Assembly (NCBI GenBank): GCA_035289925.1 | Contig: DATDVR010000006.1 | Coordinates: 92,018 to 156,017 of the forward strand | Length of the DNA: 64,000 nt | Source of the DNA: Candidatus Nanoarchaeia archaeon | Lineage (GTDB): Archaea; Nanobdellota; Nanobdellia; SCGC-AAA011-G17; DATDVL01 | Direction of reading: 5' to 3' | Part shown: piece after piece, positions 27,401-36,896 of the stretch | Position numbering within the stretch: position 1 is the first letter of the stretch | Layout of the letters: each line of letters starts with the position of its first letter | Program-made: the position numbers and the translations under genes | The notes under the pieces: model-generated | Seen by the model: the letters and a program-made list of their open reading frames with translations, nothing else | Told to the model about the DNA's origin: nothing | Database searches by the model: none

Positions 27401-27817
27401 ACTTACAAATCAATACCTACGATGCTTGAAAAAGTCCAGAAACAGATGAGGGTTGCTGAAAAACTTAGAGCAGTTGATGAAGTTGATGTTGCTGGATTGA
27501 TAATTGACAGGCACTTCATGAGAGACATAAAAGGAAACTTGAGAAAGTTCTCACAGCAGGAATTTAGATGTGTTGAGTGCAATGAGAAATATAGAAGACC
27601 CCCATTGCAAGGAAACTGTATCAAATGCGGAGGAAAATTATTGTTTACTGTATCTGAAGGGAATATATTAAAATATTTAGAGCCTTCTCTTATGCTTGCT
27701 GAGAAGTATGACTTGGCACCTTATCTTAAGCAGAACTTGAAGATAACTAAAGCTAGAATTGAAAGCATATTTGGGAAAGATGAAACCAAGCAAGAAGCAT
27801 TGAAGAAGTGGTTTTAG
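24428..27817 (+). CDS. DNA polymerase D large subunit (DP2)
   Basis: GPIRSAGTT, GGFRLRYGRSR, RRDCDGDE, Zn fingers; 1129 aa, no intein. Confidence 0.97.
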   Translation: MKEYFEKLGNEVKRSYDIASEARKKGLDPSGDVEVMLASKMAERVKGIVSTVSPQIGESKIVERIDELEKQYGAQDWRVAFILSLEVAQEKLCKFKDKREAAEVGLRVGLAYLTNGVLSAPLEGFVQLKLRKRKKDGKEYWALYFSGPIRSAGTTAVCVFAAVADYVRKELGYAEYDPTEEEVNRIVSELYDFHDRITNLQYLPTEEEITFMVSNLPIQIDGDPSETMEVSNFKDLDRIDTNRLRNGVCLVVGEGLCQKAAKFYSKFSNMMKDFGMERWKFLGDYIALQKKLRAKDVSKDDVKIKPDFNFMKDVVAGRPIFTHPMAKGGFRLRYGRSRVSGFSAQAIHPATMCILDGFLASGSQLKVERPGKACVLGSCDTIEGPIVKLKDGSVVFAETEEQAKKVNDYVEEILYLGDLLINYGDFLNRGHVLVPAGYCEEWWQQEAEHPEKNIDVDTAIELCKKGKPLHPRYTFHWNDITREQFFSVIDLLKKSSIKDDKIVLPLDYNIKDDVENKDPKRALEILGVPHRVVINEHMIIEGDWAKALLFTLGDFNFEPNDNVLEMLNKKNSFLIRDKSGTFIGARMGRPEKAKMRKLKGSPQALFPVGAQGGRMRDFRSALEKGFVKSDFNLRKCEKCNQETVYKLCETCGNETKQLYYCDECKIVKDKKCHERSFTYSSQKLDIHKYFNKALEIIGTREYPELIKGVKGTMNEDHTPENLVKGILRAMNGLYVNKDGTIRYDMTETPITHFKPKEIGTSVAKLKELGYEKDCYGVDLVSEEQICELKVQDLILPACPDSLEEGADEVLFRIGKFVDDLMEKFYKLPRFYNFKTKKDIVGSLVLGLSPHTSAGIVGRVIGFSKTQGFLAHPTYHSIMRRDCDGDEACIILLMDALINFSRGFLPAHRGGKQDEPLVLTTKIIPKEVDDMVFDMDICWKYPLQLYNAALEYKSPKEVKIEKLGMFLGTPREYEGYGFTHDTSDFNNGVKCSTYKSIPTMLEKVQKQMRVAEKLRAVDEVDVAGLIIDRHFMRDIKGNLRKFSQQEFRCVECNEKYRRPPLQGNCIKCGGKLLFTVSEGNILKYLEPSLMLAEKYDLAPYLKQNLKITKARIESIFGKDETKQEALKKWF

Positions 27818-27866
27818 TTATGACTTTATAGTAACTACAAAATCACAAGCTTTATATACTAGTAAA

Positions 27867-28667
27867 ATGCTTATTTTTACCATGACGGCTGATACTTTAG
27901 TAAATAAAGAAGTAAAGTTATTCTACAATGGAAGCTTAGCTGATGCTCTAGAAAACTGCAATAAAGAAGACTATCAAGTATTATCAATGTCATAAATAGC
28001 AGATGCAAGAATTCAAGCTTCAAAAGAAGATCAATTATGGAGAAACTGGCTAAGCTCAACAAGCATCAGAGCAACAGGAAAGACAAAGCAAGGAAATGCA
28101 GTTGTAGTCTATGCTCATGTTCCAAATCATTTTTCAGAACCTAAAAACATAAGAAATGCAATAGAACAAGGTTTAGTTAATGGTGCTGGAAAATTACCAG
28201 AAAAAGAATTTCAAAGACTTTTAGACTTAAAAGATGATAAAAATGTATTTGTAATAGATTATAATGCTTTAAAAAGTTCAACTTCAGGTGTAATTCCAGT
28301 TTTAAAAGCTTTAGCTCATCCTCAGACAGTTCCATTTTTAGGCGGAGAGGAAAGAGCTCAAAAATATCTAGAAAAACATTCTCAATTTTATGGTAAAAAT
28401 ATTGGAGTCTGGCATTCAGATGATTTAAGGAAAGAACCATTAGGTCGCCTTTTGTTTGTTGGCTACTACGTCAACTACGGTCTTTATGGCGACTACGACC
28501 TTGACATCAATGGTAGATACGCTGGGGTACGTGCAGTCGGCGCGCAAAAATCCCCAAAGGAAATAAAAGCACCAACTTTGGAAGATATTACAAAAGAATT
28601 AAATCCTTTTGTTTTAGAGAAAGATAGGAAAGAAGTTCTAGAAATATTAAGGAAATACGTTAAATAA
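27867..28667 (+). pseudogene. DGR target gene copy 1 with in-frame TAA at codon 43
   Basis: Colinear with 44659..45459 (801 nt); CCA GAA changed to TCA TAA at 27990-27995. Confidence 0.88.
28446..28529 (+). repeat. DGR variable repeat VR1
   Basis: 84-nt match to TR; 10 mismatches, all at TR adenines. Confidence 0.95.
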
Positions 28668-28680
28668 TTTTTTCTTAACT

Positions 28681-29880
28681 TTATAGCATAAAATAAAGTA
28701 TTACTGGTAACAACAAACAGCCCATCAAATGATTTCTACCAAAACCTTTCAAAGCAGGTATTAAGCCGACCGAAGTTGAGATTACCAACACGAAAAAACC
28801 TAAGAAACCTGAGAAAACAAAGCTAAGAATTACAATCAATAAAATTATTGAAAGACAAAGTAACCTGTAATTTATTTTTGATATTAACTTTGAGAATTTT
28901 TTAGCGAAAAATAAAGTCAATATTGAAGCCAAACCAGAAGCAACTAAGGAAACTGCCACAAATATAATTAAATTTTGCAATGTTAGTGTCTGAATTATCT
29001 TTGAGACTATTACTATGGCCCCATTTCTTGCCTTTTCTATTGTAAATAACGCAATTATTGAGATAAACATGTTGACTGTGTTCATGCCGCCATTTAAAAT
29101 CAAGTAACCTTTGTCTCCTAAGTTTTTTGTAAATGAAGAACCTAAGATTGCGGCTTGTGAAGGACCTAAGCCAGGAAGAAAAGAACATAAGCCTGATGAA
29201 AAAACAGAGGTTAAAATTGCTTTTGCTGCTAAGCTTTTTTCTATTCTAGGAAAAATCTGGAACTGGTAAGGAATTTTTACCTTATCATTTATGCTTAGCA
29301 ATAAACCTGAAATGCCGAACAATCCCGAAAGCAATGGAAATAATGGATCTTCCAAATTTAAATTGAAAACTGTTAAACCCAAAATCCCTGAAAGAATAAA
29401 AATGAAAAAAGCAAAGAATTTTTGCCTACTTTCCTTCAAAATTAAGACTAAACAAGCTAAGATTAATAGATAGCCAATATATTTCTGTATTATTGAATAA
29501 AAATATTTAACATAAAATAACATTAATGGAGTCAATGCAGCTATCAAAATCAAAGAAATCAAGGAACCTATTGTCAACAGACTAACTGCTTCATATCCTT
29601 TGCCTTCTAGCAATAATCTATGGCCTGGCAAGACAGAAAGAACCTGCTCTGCGTCTGGAGCACCAAGGAAAACAGAGGGAATTGCATCGAGAAAAGTATG
29701 AGTTATTGCCATTGAAATAATTAAAATAGATAAAATCAATGGAGAAGTGAACTTCAACAAGAAAGGAGAAGAGGATAAAATAAGCAAAGAAACTAGATTG
29801 ATATGAATTCCTGGAGTCAAGCCAGTAAAACAGCCTAGAAAAATGCCAATTATTACTGCAATTAATATTTCAAATAACAT
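28681..29880 (-). CDS. TctA/DUF112 family membrane protein
   Basis: GLTPGIHIN, VLPGHRLLLEGKG, many TM helices. Confidence 0.8.
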   Translation of the reverse strand: MLFEILIAVIIGIFLGCFTGLTPGIHINLVSLLILSSSPFLLKFTSPLILSILIISMAITHTFLDAIPSVFLGAPDAEQVLSVLPGHRLLLEGKGYEAVSLLTIGSLISLILIAALTPLMLFYVKYFYSIIQKYIGYLLILACLVLILKESRQKFFAFFIFILSGILGLTVFNLNLEDPLFPLLSGLFGISGLLLSINDKVKIPYQFQIFPRIEKSLAAKAILTSVFSSGLCSFLPGLGPSQAAILGSSFTKNLGDKGYLILNGGMNTVNMFISIIALFTIEKARNGAIVIVSKIIQTLTLQNLIIFVAVSLVASGLASILTLFFAKKFSKLISKINYRLLCLSIILLIVILSFVFSGFLGFFVLVISTSVGLIPALKGFGRNHLMGCLLLPVILYFML

Positions 29881-29945
29881 GTAGATATTATTTATTTAGA
29901 ATTTAAGAAGATGAACCTTAAAAACCCGAAAAATATACAAAAAAA

Positions 29946-30290
29946 TCATAGTTTTTTTATTTCTGATGCTAAAATTTCTAGTTTGCCTTGGTATTCGCCA
30001 ACTTTTCCTACAACTTCCACGAAATCTCCTGTTGATATTTGGATGTCTTGCGAGAAAATAACTACTTTAATACTAGAAGTTACATCGCTAACCGTCATCA
30101 TAGTAGTTGATTGGGTTGATTTTACTGAAGAAACAAGGCCTTGAATCCTAACTTCCTTGTCTATTTGCAGCGAAGTTATCTCTGAAATCTTTGACAATGG
30201 AAGTTCTGTTCTCTCCACTATAAACAATAAAATTAATATGCCTATTAATGAAGTAAAAATAGCTATCTTTAGAAAAGTTTTTTCATTCAT
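29946..30290 (-). CDS. Membrane-anchored OB-fold protein
   Basis: N-terminal TM; VRIQGLV...GDFVEVVGKVGEYQGKLEI. Confidence 0.75.
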   Translation of the reverse strand: MNEKTFLKIAIFTSLIGILILLFIVERTELPLSKISEITSLQIDKEVRIQGLVSSVKSTQSTTMMTVSDVTSSIKVVIFSQDIQISTGDFVEVVGKVGEYQGKLEILASEIKKL

Positions 30291-30291
30291 C

Positions 30292-30885
30292 TTATCTATT
30301 GCCGTCTAATCTTGCCCACTTGCCTTCGCTGTTTCTACCATGAACTTGATAACTTTCTTTTCTTTCTCCAATAATGTAATTTCTGCATCCAACATAAGGT
30401 GAATAACCATTTGTAATAATGTTTGGCTGATTCCATTCTGGCGAGTTGATCTTAAATTTTCTTATTGCTTCTCTGAATTCTTTTAAACCTTCTCTTAATT
30501 GTTTTTTAACTCCAGTTAAACTTGATTCTTTTATTTCTCTTATGTCTATTGTACCGTTGACGCCTACAATGTCTAGTTCCCTTATTCTTTCTAAGTTTCC
30601 TTTCTTACCGCCTTTTCTTGTGTAGGTTACGTGAGTTGCAACAAAACGGTATTTCCCACTTTTTAGCATACACTCTGCAACTTCCCATACTATATTATCG
30701 TGCGGCAAACCTTGTAACCTTTCTCTAAAATATTTTGAATCTAATCGTTCTTCTAAATCAAATTCAATCCTATGATTTTCAGGTAATATTGGTACTTTTT
30801 TTGCAGCCTCGAGAATTAATTCTATTGGTATTTTTTCATCTCTAAAATAATTATGATATCTTACTGCGCTTAAACATGATGTCAA
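30292..30885 (-). CDS. Hypothetical protein, possible PD-(D/E)XK fold
   Basis: ELDIVG...IREIK pattern; start uncertain. Confidence 0.45.
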   Translation of the reverse strand: MTSCLSAVRYHNYFRDEKIPIELILEAAKKVPILPENHRIEFDLEERLDSKYFRERLQGLPHDNIVWEVAECMLKSGKYRFVATHVTYTRKGGKKGNLERIRELDIVGVNGTIDIREIKESSLTGVKKQLREGLKEFREAIRKFKINSPEWNQPNIITNGYSPYVGCRNYIIGERKESYQVHGRNSEGKWARLDGNR

Positions 30886-31040
30886 ATGATGCCCCCTCTT
30901 TTTTTAGAATTAGAAACCCCCAGAACCTCTTTTCCCAGGTCTTTAGGCATATAAATTACATGTCTAAACGCTTTATATACATTTATACACTGCAATAGTT
31001 ATTATAGTTCATAGAAAATTACAGAAAGTTTTATATTTGA

Positions 31041-32132
31041 ATGTATTTTCATTACTGCATGGATATACAAAATAAAGTTGAACTAATAAAATCTTTTGCT
31101 GAAGAAGTAGTTACAGAAGAGGAACTAGTAAAAGTTTTTGAAAATAATAATCATCCTATTGCATATGATGGTTTTGAGCCTTCTGGAGTAGCTCCAATTC
31201 ATTTTGGTTTACTTAGAGCAACAAATTTAAAAAATATGTTAAAAGCCGGAGTAAAATTTAAGTTATATTTAGCAGATTACTTTGCTTTTATTAATAATAA
31301 ACTCGGTGGTGATTTAGAAAACATTAGAACTGCTGGTAAATATTTTATTGAAGTTTGGAAAGCTTGTGGAATTGACATTAATAAAGTTGAAATAATTTGG
31401 GCAAAGGATTTGATGAATAGCATAGATTATTGGGGTAAGACTTTAAGTATTGCTAGACAAATTTCTCTTGAAAGGAATTTAAGAGCCGTAACAATAATGG
31501 GTAGAAAAGAAGGGGAAAAACTTAGTATGGGCCAGCTTTTTTACCCTTCTATGCAAGTAACCGATATTTTCATGATGGATGTTGATATTTGCCAATTGGG
31601 CATGGATCAAAGAAGAGCGAATATTCTTGCAAGAGAAGTAGCAGAAAGATTGAAATGGAAAAAACCTGTTGCAGCTCACCATCATATTTTGTTAGGTCTA
31701 CAAGGTTTACAAAAAAAGGAAACAATTGAAGAAACCATGGTTGCTTCTAAAATGTCCAAGTCTGATCCAAGATCGGCAATCTATATGCACGATAGTTTTG
31801 ATGAAATAAAAAGAAAAATAAATTCTGCTTATTGCCCTGCAAAAATTGAAGATGGAAATCCTCTTTTAGAATATCTTAAACACATTGTACTTAAGGAATT
31901 AAAAGAAATTAATATAGAAAGAGATTCTAAATTTGGTGGCGATATTAGTTTTGGTAATTATCAAGAATTAAGACATGCATACATTAATGGCGAAATACAT
32001 CCTGTTGACTTAAAAACCTGTGTTGTTAATGAATTGGAAAAATTGATTAAACCAGTAAGAGAGCATTTTGAGAAAAACAAGCAGGCAAGAGAACTTTATA
32101 CTAAAGTAAAAAACTTCCAAGTAACAAGATGA
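31041..32132 (+). CDS. tyrS: Tyrosine--tRNA ligase
   Basis: YDGFEPSG, GMDQRRA, KMSKS. Confidence 0.92.
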   Translation: MYFHYCMDIQNKVELIKSFAEEVVTEEELVKVFENNNHPIAYDGFEPSGVAPIHFGLLRATNLKNMLKAGVKFKLYLADYFAFINNKLGGDLENIRTAGKYFIEVWKACGIDINKVEIIWAKDLMNSIDYWGKTLSIARQISLERNLRAVTIMGRKEGEKLSMGQLFYPSMQVTDIFMMDVDICQLGMDQRRANILAREVAERLKWKKPVAAHHHILLGLQGLQKKETIEETMVASKMSKSDPRSAIYMHDSFDEIKRKINSAYCPAKIEDGNPLLEYLKHIVLKELKEINIERDSKFGGDISFGNYQELRHAYINGEIHPVDLKTCVVNELEKLIKPVREHFEKNKQARELYTKVKNFQVTR

Positions 32133-32635
32133 GATTGTTTATTGCAATAGATGTTAATTCTGAAGAAATAGATGGAGTTAAAGAGAGGTTTGAAATTGAT
32201 GGAGCAAGGGCTGATGGAAGCAAGCATTTGACTCTGAAGTTTCTAGGGGAGGTTGAAAATAATAAGTTAGGCAAGATTGTTGATGCTTTAAGCAAAGTTG
32301 AGTTTAAAGAATTTGAAATTAAAACAACTGATATTGGCGGATTCCCGAATTTGAAGAGGCCAAGAGTTATTTATCTTGGAATAAGGAGCGAGGAATTGAC
32401 TGATTTAATGAAGAAAATAGAAAAAATCCTGCCAGAATTCAAAGACAATAAGGAATTCAAACCACACCTGACTATAGCTAGAGTGAAATTTATCAAGGAT
32501 AATTTAAGAGAGTTAATTAGAAATATAAGAGTGAAAGAGAAGAAGTTTAAAATTAAGGAGTTTAAACTGTATGAAAGCAGATTTAATGGAAAGAGATTTG
32601 AGCATCATGCGATAAAAACATTTAACTGTATCTAG
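32129..32635 (+). CDS. thpR: RNA 2',3'-cyclic phosphodiesterase (2H)
   Basis: MRLFIAI, HLTL and HLTI motifs. Confidence 0.9.
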   Translation: MRLFIAIDVNSEEIDGVKERFEIDGARADGSKHLTLKFLGEVENNKLGKIVDALSKVEFKEFEIKTTDIGGFPNLKRPRVIYLGIRSEELTDLMKKIEKILPEFKDNKEFKPHLTIARVKFIKDNLRELIRNIRVKEKKFKIKEFKLYESRFNGKRFEHHAIKTFNCI

Positions 32636-33281
32636 AATCAATGATTTTCTTTATTTCTGAAGCCTTTTTTGGTCCTATCTTCTCTACTTTTTGCAGTTCT
32701 TCTTCAGATGCGTTGAAAACATTTTTAACAGACTTGAAATGCTTCAGCAAAGACTCTGCCAATGAGGAACCTATGCCTGGCAAGGACTGCAAAATGTAAA
32801 GCTGCTGTTCTTTTAACGTTAAAGGCTTTCTTGATTGCAATAGACTGATTGGAGTCCTGTGTTTTTCAATCCTTTTTGCAAGAATTTCTATGAAGGCGGC
32901 AGTATCTCGATAGTTTTTTGTGTAGATAATAGGAATCTGGAAGTCAACTGCTATTGTTGCCAGCATGCCTCGTATAGAATTTGGATGAAAATTACGTATC
33001 TTGTAGATGTTTTCTTCTCCTTCAATAATAAGCAAAGGTACTTGATAATGTTTTTTTATTTCTATCAACTGAGAAAGCAGTCTTTTGTCAATTATTGAGT
33101 TCAAGAAATCATTTGTAGTCTTTCTTTCTATGCCAACAGTTAAGATATTGCCGTGCAAATCTTTTGTTTGTACAAGATAATCTGCTATAACCAATTGTTT
33201 TACTTCAACATCAAACTCTTTTGCCAATTCCTTAATAATGCCAGAGCTTCTTTCCCTTTGGTCTGCTATTATTTTTATCAT
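32622..33281 (-). CDS. ERCC4/XPF nuclease with HhH
   Basis: DQRE, ERKTTNDF, LPGIG. Confidence 0.9.
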   Translation of the reverse strand: MIKIIADQRERSSGIIKELAKEFDVEVKQLVIADYLVQTKDLHGNILTVGIERKTTNDFLNSIIDKRLLSQLIEIKKHYQVPLLIIEGEENIYKIRNFHPNSIRGMLATIAVDFQIPIIYTKNYRDTAAFIEILAKRIEKHRTPISLLQSRKPLTLKEQQLYILQSLPGIGSSLAESLLKHFKSVKNVFNASEEELQKVEKIGPKKASEIKKIIDSRYS

Positions 33282-34822
33282 TGCAATTTAGCCTGCTTTT
33301 CTTTTTTTGTTTTTATGTTCAACAAAATATTTTTCATAAGCTTCTCTTTTCTCAATGAAGACCAATAGTAAGCTTCATCTCTTGTTTTTTTTGCCATCAA
33401 AAAGATAACTTTGCCTGGCTTTGTCCTTGCTGTCCTGCCTTGCCTTTGAATCTTTCTTAATTCTGACGGGATAGGCTCGTAAAAAACAACAGCTGCAACT
33501 TCTGGCAGGTCTAAACCCTCTTCCCCTACTGAAGACGCAACCAAGATGTTGAATTCATGATTCTTGAAAGCATCAATAATTGACTGCTGCTCGACCTGAT
33601 TTTGCCCTTTGTCCTGCCTGTCTGCCTGACCGACAAATCTTTTTGCTTTTATGCCTGCCAAGTTAAGTTCTCTTGCTATCTCTGCCACAGTATCACGGTA
33701 AGTTGCGAAGACAATTATCTTAGCTTCTTTGTTTTCTGAAATATCTTTCTTAATAATTTCAATCAACTTGATAATCTTAGGATGCTTTACTTTATTCTCT
33801 ATAAGTTTTTGTGTTAACTGCAGAGCTCTTTTTATGTCTGGATTTGCCAAAATAGTTTTTGCAGCCTTTGTTGTTTCAACTTCAAGTTTTTTCCAGTAAT
33901 TTTCTAAAGCACTGATTGTTTGTGTCTCAATCAAAGCTAAAGCATGTTCTACTTTTATTATTTGGGCTACTAAAGAGATGCCATAAAATGCTATTTTACT
34001 TCCAGAAGTTATTTCTGATTGAAATCTTTTTTGAAGCATCAATAAATCTTTTTTGTTTATGTATTTTACAGGCTTTGAGAAACCTAAATTTTGAAGCTTT
34101 TCCAGGTTTTGCTCGTAGACTTTCCTGATTATTGAAGCCAATTGAGTTATTTCCTGCGTCAACTCAATGCTGATCCATGAAATATCTTTCTTTTGAATGT
34201 AAGGAGAGACATCTTCATCATGCTCTGTCCTGATTTCTACAGCTTCAATTGCCAAATTGTTGCAGATTTCTTCTATTCTTTCCTTTGATGAGCCTGGAGA
34301 TGCAGTCAATGCAAGAATTCTTGGGAATTTGGATTGTTCTAAGTATTTTTTTACTATGAAAGTGTTTGCGTAATTTGCCCTTGAACGATGCGCTTCATCC
34401 AAGCAGATCAAAGAGAAGTTTTCCAAGCTAATCCTGTTGTTTTGCAAGTCAGATTCTATTGTTTGCGGAGTTGCAATAATTATTTTTGATTGGTCAAACA
34501 AGTCATGCCTCTTTGATGGGACTAATGAGCCTGTGAACAAAGCTATCTCTATGTTTGTAGTGTGCTGTTTGAACGTGTGAACGTGCTGGTTGCATAAAGG
34601 CTTTGTAGGAGCTGTGATAAGTATCTTTGATTCTGGGAATTTTTTCATTCTTTCAGAAGCAAGAAGCATTGCGATTGCTGTTTTTCCAATTCCTGTAGGC
34701 AGAACTACCAAAGTATTTTTATCTAGACAAGTCTTTAGAATATTCTGCTGGTAAATCCTTGGCGTAAAATTAGCTAGCTCCATAAGCCAGCTATTATGTA
34801 AAACTTTAAATAACTTTCTCAA
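33278..34822 (-). CDS. hef: Hef/FANCM-like SF2 helicase
   Basis: PTGIGKT, DEAH, TASPG, QRQGRTAR. Confidence 0.88.
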   Translation of the reverse strand: MRKLFKVLHNSWLMELANFTPRIYQQNILKTCLDKNTLVVLPTGIGKTAIAMLLASERMKKFPESKILITAPTKPLCNQHVHTFKQHTTNIEIALFTGSLVPSKRHDLFDQSKIIIATPQTIESDLQNNRISLENFSLICLDEAHRSRANYANTFIVKKYLEQSKFPRILALTASPGSSKERIEEICNNLAIEAVEIRTEHDEDVSPYIQKKDISWISIELTQEITQLASIIRKVYEQNLEKLQNLGFSKPVKYINKKDLLMLQKRFQSEITSGSKIAFYGISLVAQIIKVEHALALIETQTISALENYWKKLEVETTKAAKTILANPDIKRALQLTQKLIENKVKHPKIIKLIEIIKKDISENKEAKIIVFATYRDTVAEIARELNLAGIKAKRFVGQADRQDKGQNQVEQQSIIDAFKNHEFNILVASSVGEEGLDLPEVAAVVFYEPIPSELRKIQRQGRTARTKPGKVIFLMAKKTRDEAYYWSSLRKEKLMKNILLNIKTKKEKQAKLQ

Positions 34823-34833
34823 TTGGGGAAAGC

Positions 34834-35100
34834 ATGCTTGTAAAGGTATTAGGGCTGGTTGATTTAGTTGCAGGATTATTAATAGTTGGAAGCTGGTTCA
34901 ATTTCACGCCTTTATTCGGATGGTATGTTGCGCTATTTTTGCTGATTAAATCAATAATATACCTCAAAGAAATAATAAGCATAATGGATCTTTTAGCGGT
35001 CTTGTTTTTGATACTGGCTTTGTTAAATATAAACACAATCTTCAGCTGGATGTTTGCTCTTTGGTTGATACAGAAAGGTTTTTTCAGTTTGGTTGCCTAA
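34834..35100 (+). CDS. Small membrane protein
   Basis: 88 aa, hydrophobic throughout. Confidence 0.65.
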   Translation: MLVKVLGLVDLVAGLLIVGSWFNFTPLFGWYVALFLLIKSIIYLKEIISIMDLLAVLFLILALLNINTIFSWMFALWLIQKGFFSLVA

Positions 35101-35849
35101 GTGAATTCTACATAATAATAGTAAAGCACCAATAAAATTGCTGCAATCATCAATGAAAGAATTAAAGCTGTGAATAAATGCAGATAGATGATTAAGTAAT
35201 AGCAGCCTATTATGAAGGCAGCTCCAAATACGAATAAAGGCTTTGAGCCAAAGAAAGTTTCTGCCCCATCAAGTTTTGGCAATGGAATTATGTTTGATAA
35301 TGCGAAAGCAGTGCTGATTACTATTAAATTTGTTGTTATTGCAGTTGCTGGGAACATTTTTAATATTAAAGCAAACAACATTGCAGTCAAGGGACCTGTC
35401 AAGGCTATTTTTGCAGTCTCAAAGTCAGTTAAATGCGTATATTTTCTCCCTAACCTGTACATTGGATTTATTGAAATCAATGAAAGGCCTACTGCTGCAA
35501 ATTTCAACTGGCCTGAAGAAAGAATTACAATTAATATTGGAAGTATAAAGCCAAGATATAAGCTTTCTATGCCAAATGGAAGCTTGCTGAATTCCCTGCT
35601 TTTTGAAAATCCATACCTCTTGATTTTCCAAACACGATGTTCTGTTGTGCACCCAGACCTAGAAGCTATCAATTTTTGACCTAATTCTTGAACAACCAAT
35701 ACTATAAGTGAGAATAATGCAAACTTCAAGAAATTTAAAATCCAATATGAAAACATAAATGAAGATCTTCCATCATCAAAGCCAAAAACAAAACCCAAAA
35801 CTAACGCAGAAACTACAAGGTGTTTGACTTCTGTTTTATTGAATAACAT
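35097..35849 (-). CDS. M50/site-2 protease homolog with degenerate HExxH
   Basis: QELGQK in place of HELGHK; NIIPLPKLDG retained. Confidence 0.7.
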   Translation of the reverse strand: MLFNKTEVKHLVVSALVLGFVFGFDDGRSSFMFSYWILNFLKFALFSLIVLVVQELGQKLIASRSGCTTEHRVWKIKRYGFSKSREFSKLPFGIESLYLGFILPILIVILSSGQLKFAAVGLSLISINPMYRLGRKYTHLTDFETAKIALTGPLTAMLFALILKMFPATAITTNLIVISTAFALSNIIPLPKLDGAETFFGSKPLFVFGAAFIIGCYYLIIYLHLFTALILSLMIAAILLVLYYYYVEFT

Positions 35850-36502
35850 TTTAATAGCTCTACTATCGAATCTTCATGGCCTGCACCGACTATTGCAAGT
35901 ATCTTACCTTTATTGTGAAGCATCAAATTATATAAAGCTTTTGCCATAAATTCGTTTCTCTCAACAACCAATGTCAAGTAGAATGAAGGATATTTTTTCC
36001 TGAACTCTTCTGTCAATTCCTTTATTATTTTCTTGTGCGGAACTTTTTTTAGGTCAAAATCCGCCTTTGTCTTGAAGAACAAACTTAGAATTGTTTCAAA
36101 AACAAAGTTTATTTTTTCTTTCCATGTCATTCTCTTTGATAATTTTGCCAAAGTAATGTCGATGTCTTGGTCTATCAATGCTATCTTTATATTGTTTTCA
36201 TGCGCCAACTGGAAAGCTTTCTTCATTTCAGAGCCTGGAGAGACCCCAGATAATTTTCCAAGACTTTTTTCTATATAAGAACCAATCAAATTGAAGAAAT
36301 AACCTTTCAAACCTATCTTTCTTATGTCTTTTATAGATGTTTTTTGTTTTTTTTCAGAGAGTAATGCCCTCAAACGCTTGGAATCAAGCTCCAAAGCAAC
36401 TATTTTTGGCTTTATTTTGCTGATTAATGCTTCAACCTGGTTGACACTTTCCAATGCAATGTGCGATGAGCCTAACAGGCAAACGTTCTTGTATTTGAGC
36501 AT
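35813..36502 (-). CDS. TraB/PrgY family protein
   Basis: LGSSHI, VALELD, PGSEM, ERNEFMA, VGAGH. Confidence 0.88.
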   Translation of the reverse strand: MLKYKNVCLLGSSHIALESVNQVEALISKIKPKIVALELDSKRLRALLSEKKQKTSIKDIRKIGLKGYFFNLIGSYIEKSLGKLSGVSPGSEMKKAFQLAHENNIKIALIDQDIDITLAKLSKRMTWKEKINFVFETILSLFFKTKADFDLKKVPHKKIIKELTEEFRKKYPSFYLTLVVERNEFMAKALYNLMLHNKGKILAIVGAGHEDSIVELLKCYSIKQKSNTL

Positions 36503-36575
36503 ATTAAGCTAATATTGAAGGGCAAAATATTTAAATACAGCAGTTATTTAAAAAGCAAAGAAAGGAGGACTCAAA

Positions 36576-36863
36576 ATGTTAAAGCTAAAGAAGATAAGCG
36601 ATGTTTACGAAATGAAGGTTTTTACTGATACTGGTGAATTTTTCGGCGAAGTAGAAGAAAGCATCCTGGCTTCAAACAAAGTTTTTGGATGGAGAGTAAG
36701 AGCAACAAAGACATCTTCGTTAAGCAAAGTTTTAGGAGGAGCTAAAGGTGTTATTGTTCCTCATCAGCTTGTCAAGGCAATAGGGGACATCATGATTATA
36801 AGCAAGAATGCAATCCCTTCATATGAAGAATTGCCTAAGGACGATGCTTCTGTTCAGGACTAA
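36576..36863 (+). CDS. PRC-barrel domain protein
   Basis: VFTDTGEFFGEVEE...IVPHQLVKAIGDIMII. Confidence 0.85.
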   Translation: MLKLKKISDVYEMKVFTDTGEFFGEVEESILASNKVFGWRVRATKTSSLSKVLGGAKGVIVPHQLVKAIGDIMIISKNAIPSYEELPKDDASVQD

Positions 36864-36896
36864 AGCTTTATATACAAAAAAAGAGGATAAAATAGT

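Noticed and set aside
24428-27817. Intein in DP2
   Set aside because: Length is normal and RRDCDGDE is uninterrupted.
28452-28667. Stand-alone 71-aa ORF
   Set aside because: It is the 3' end of target pseudogene 27867..28667.
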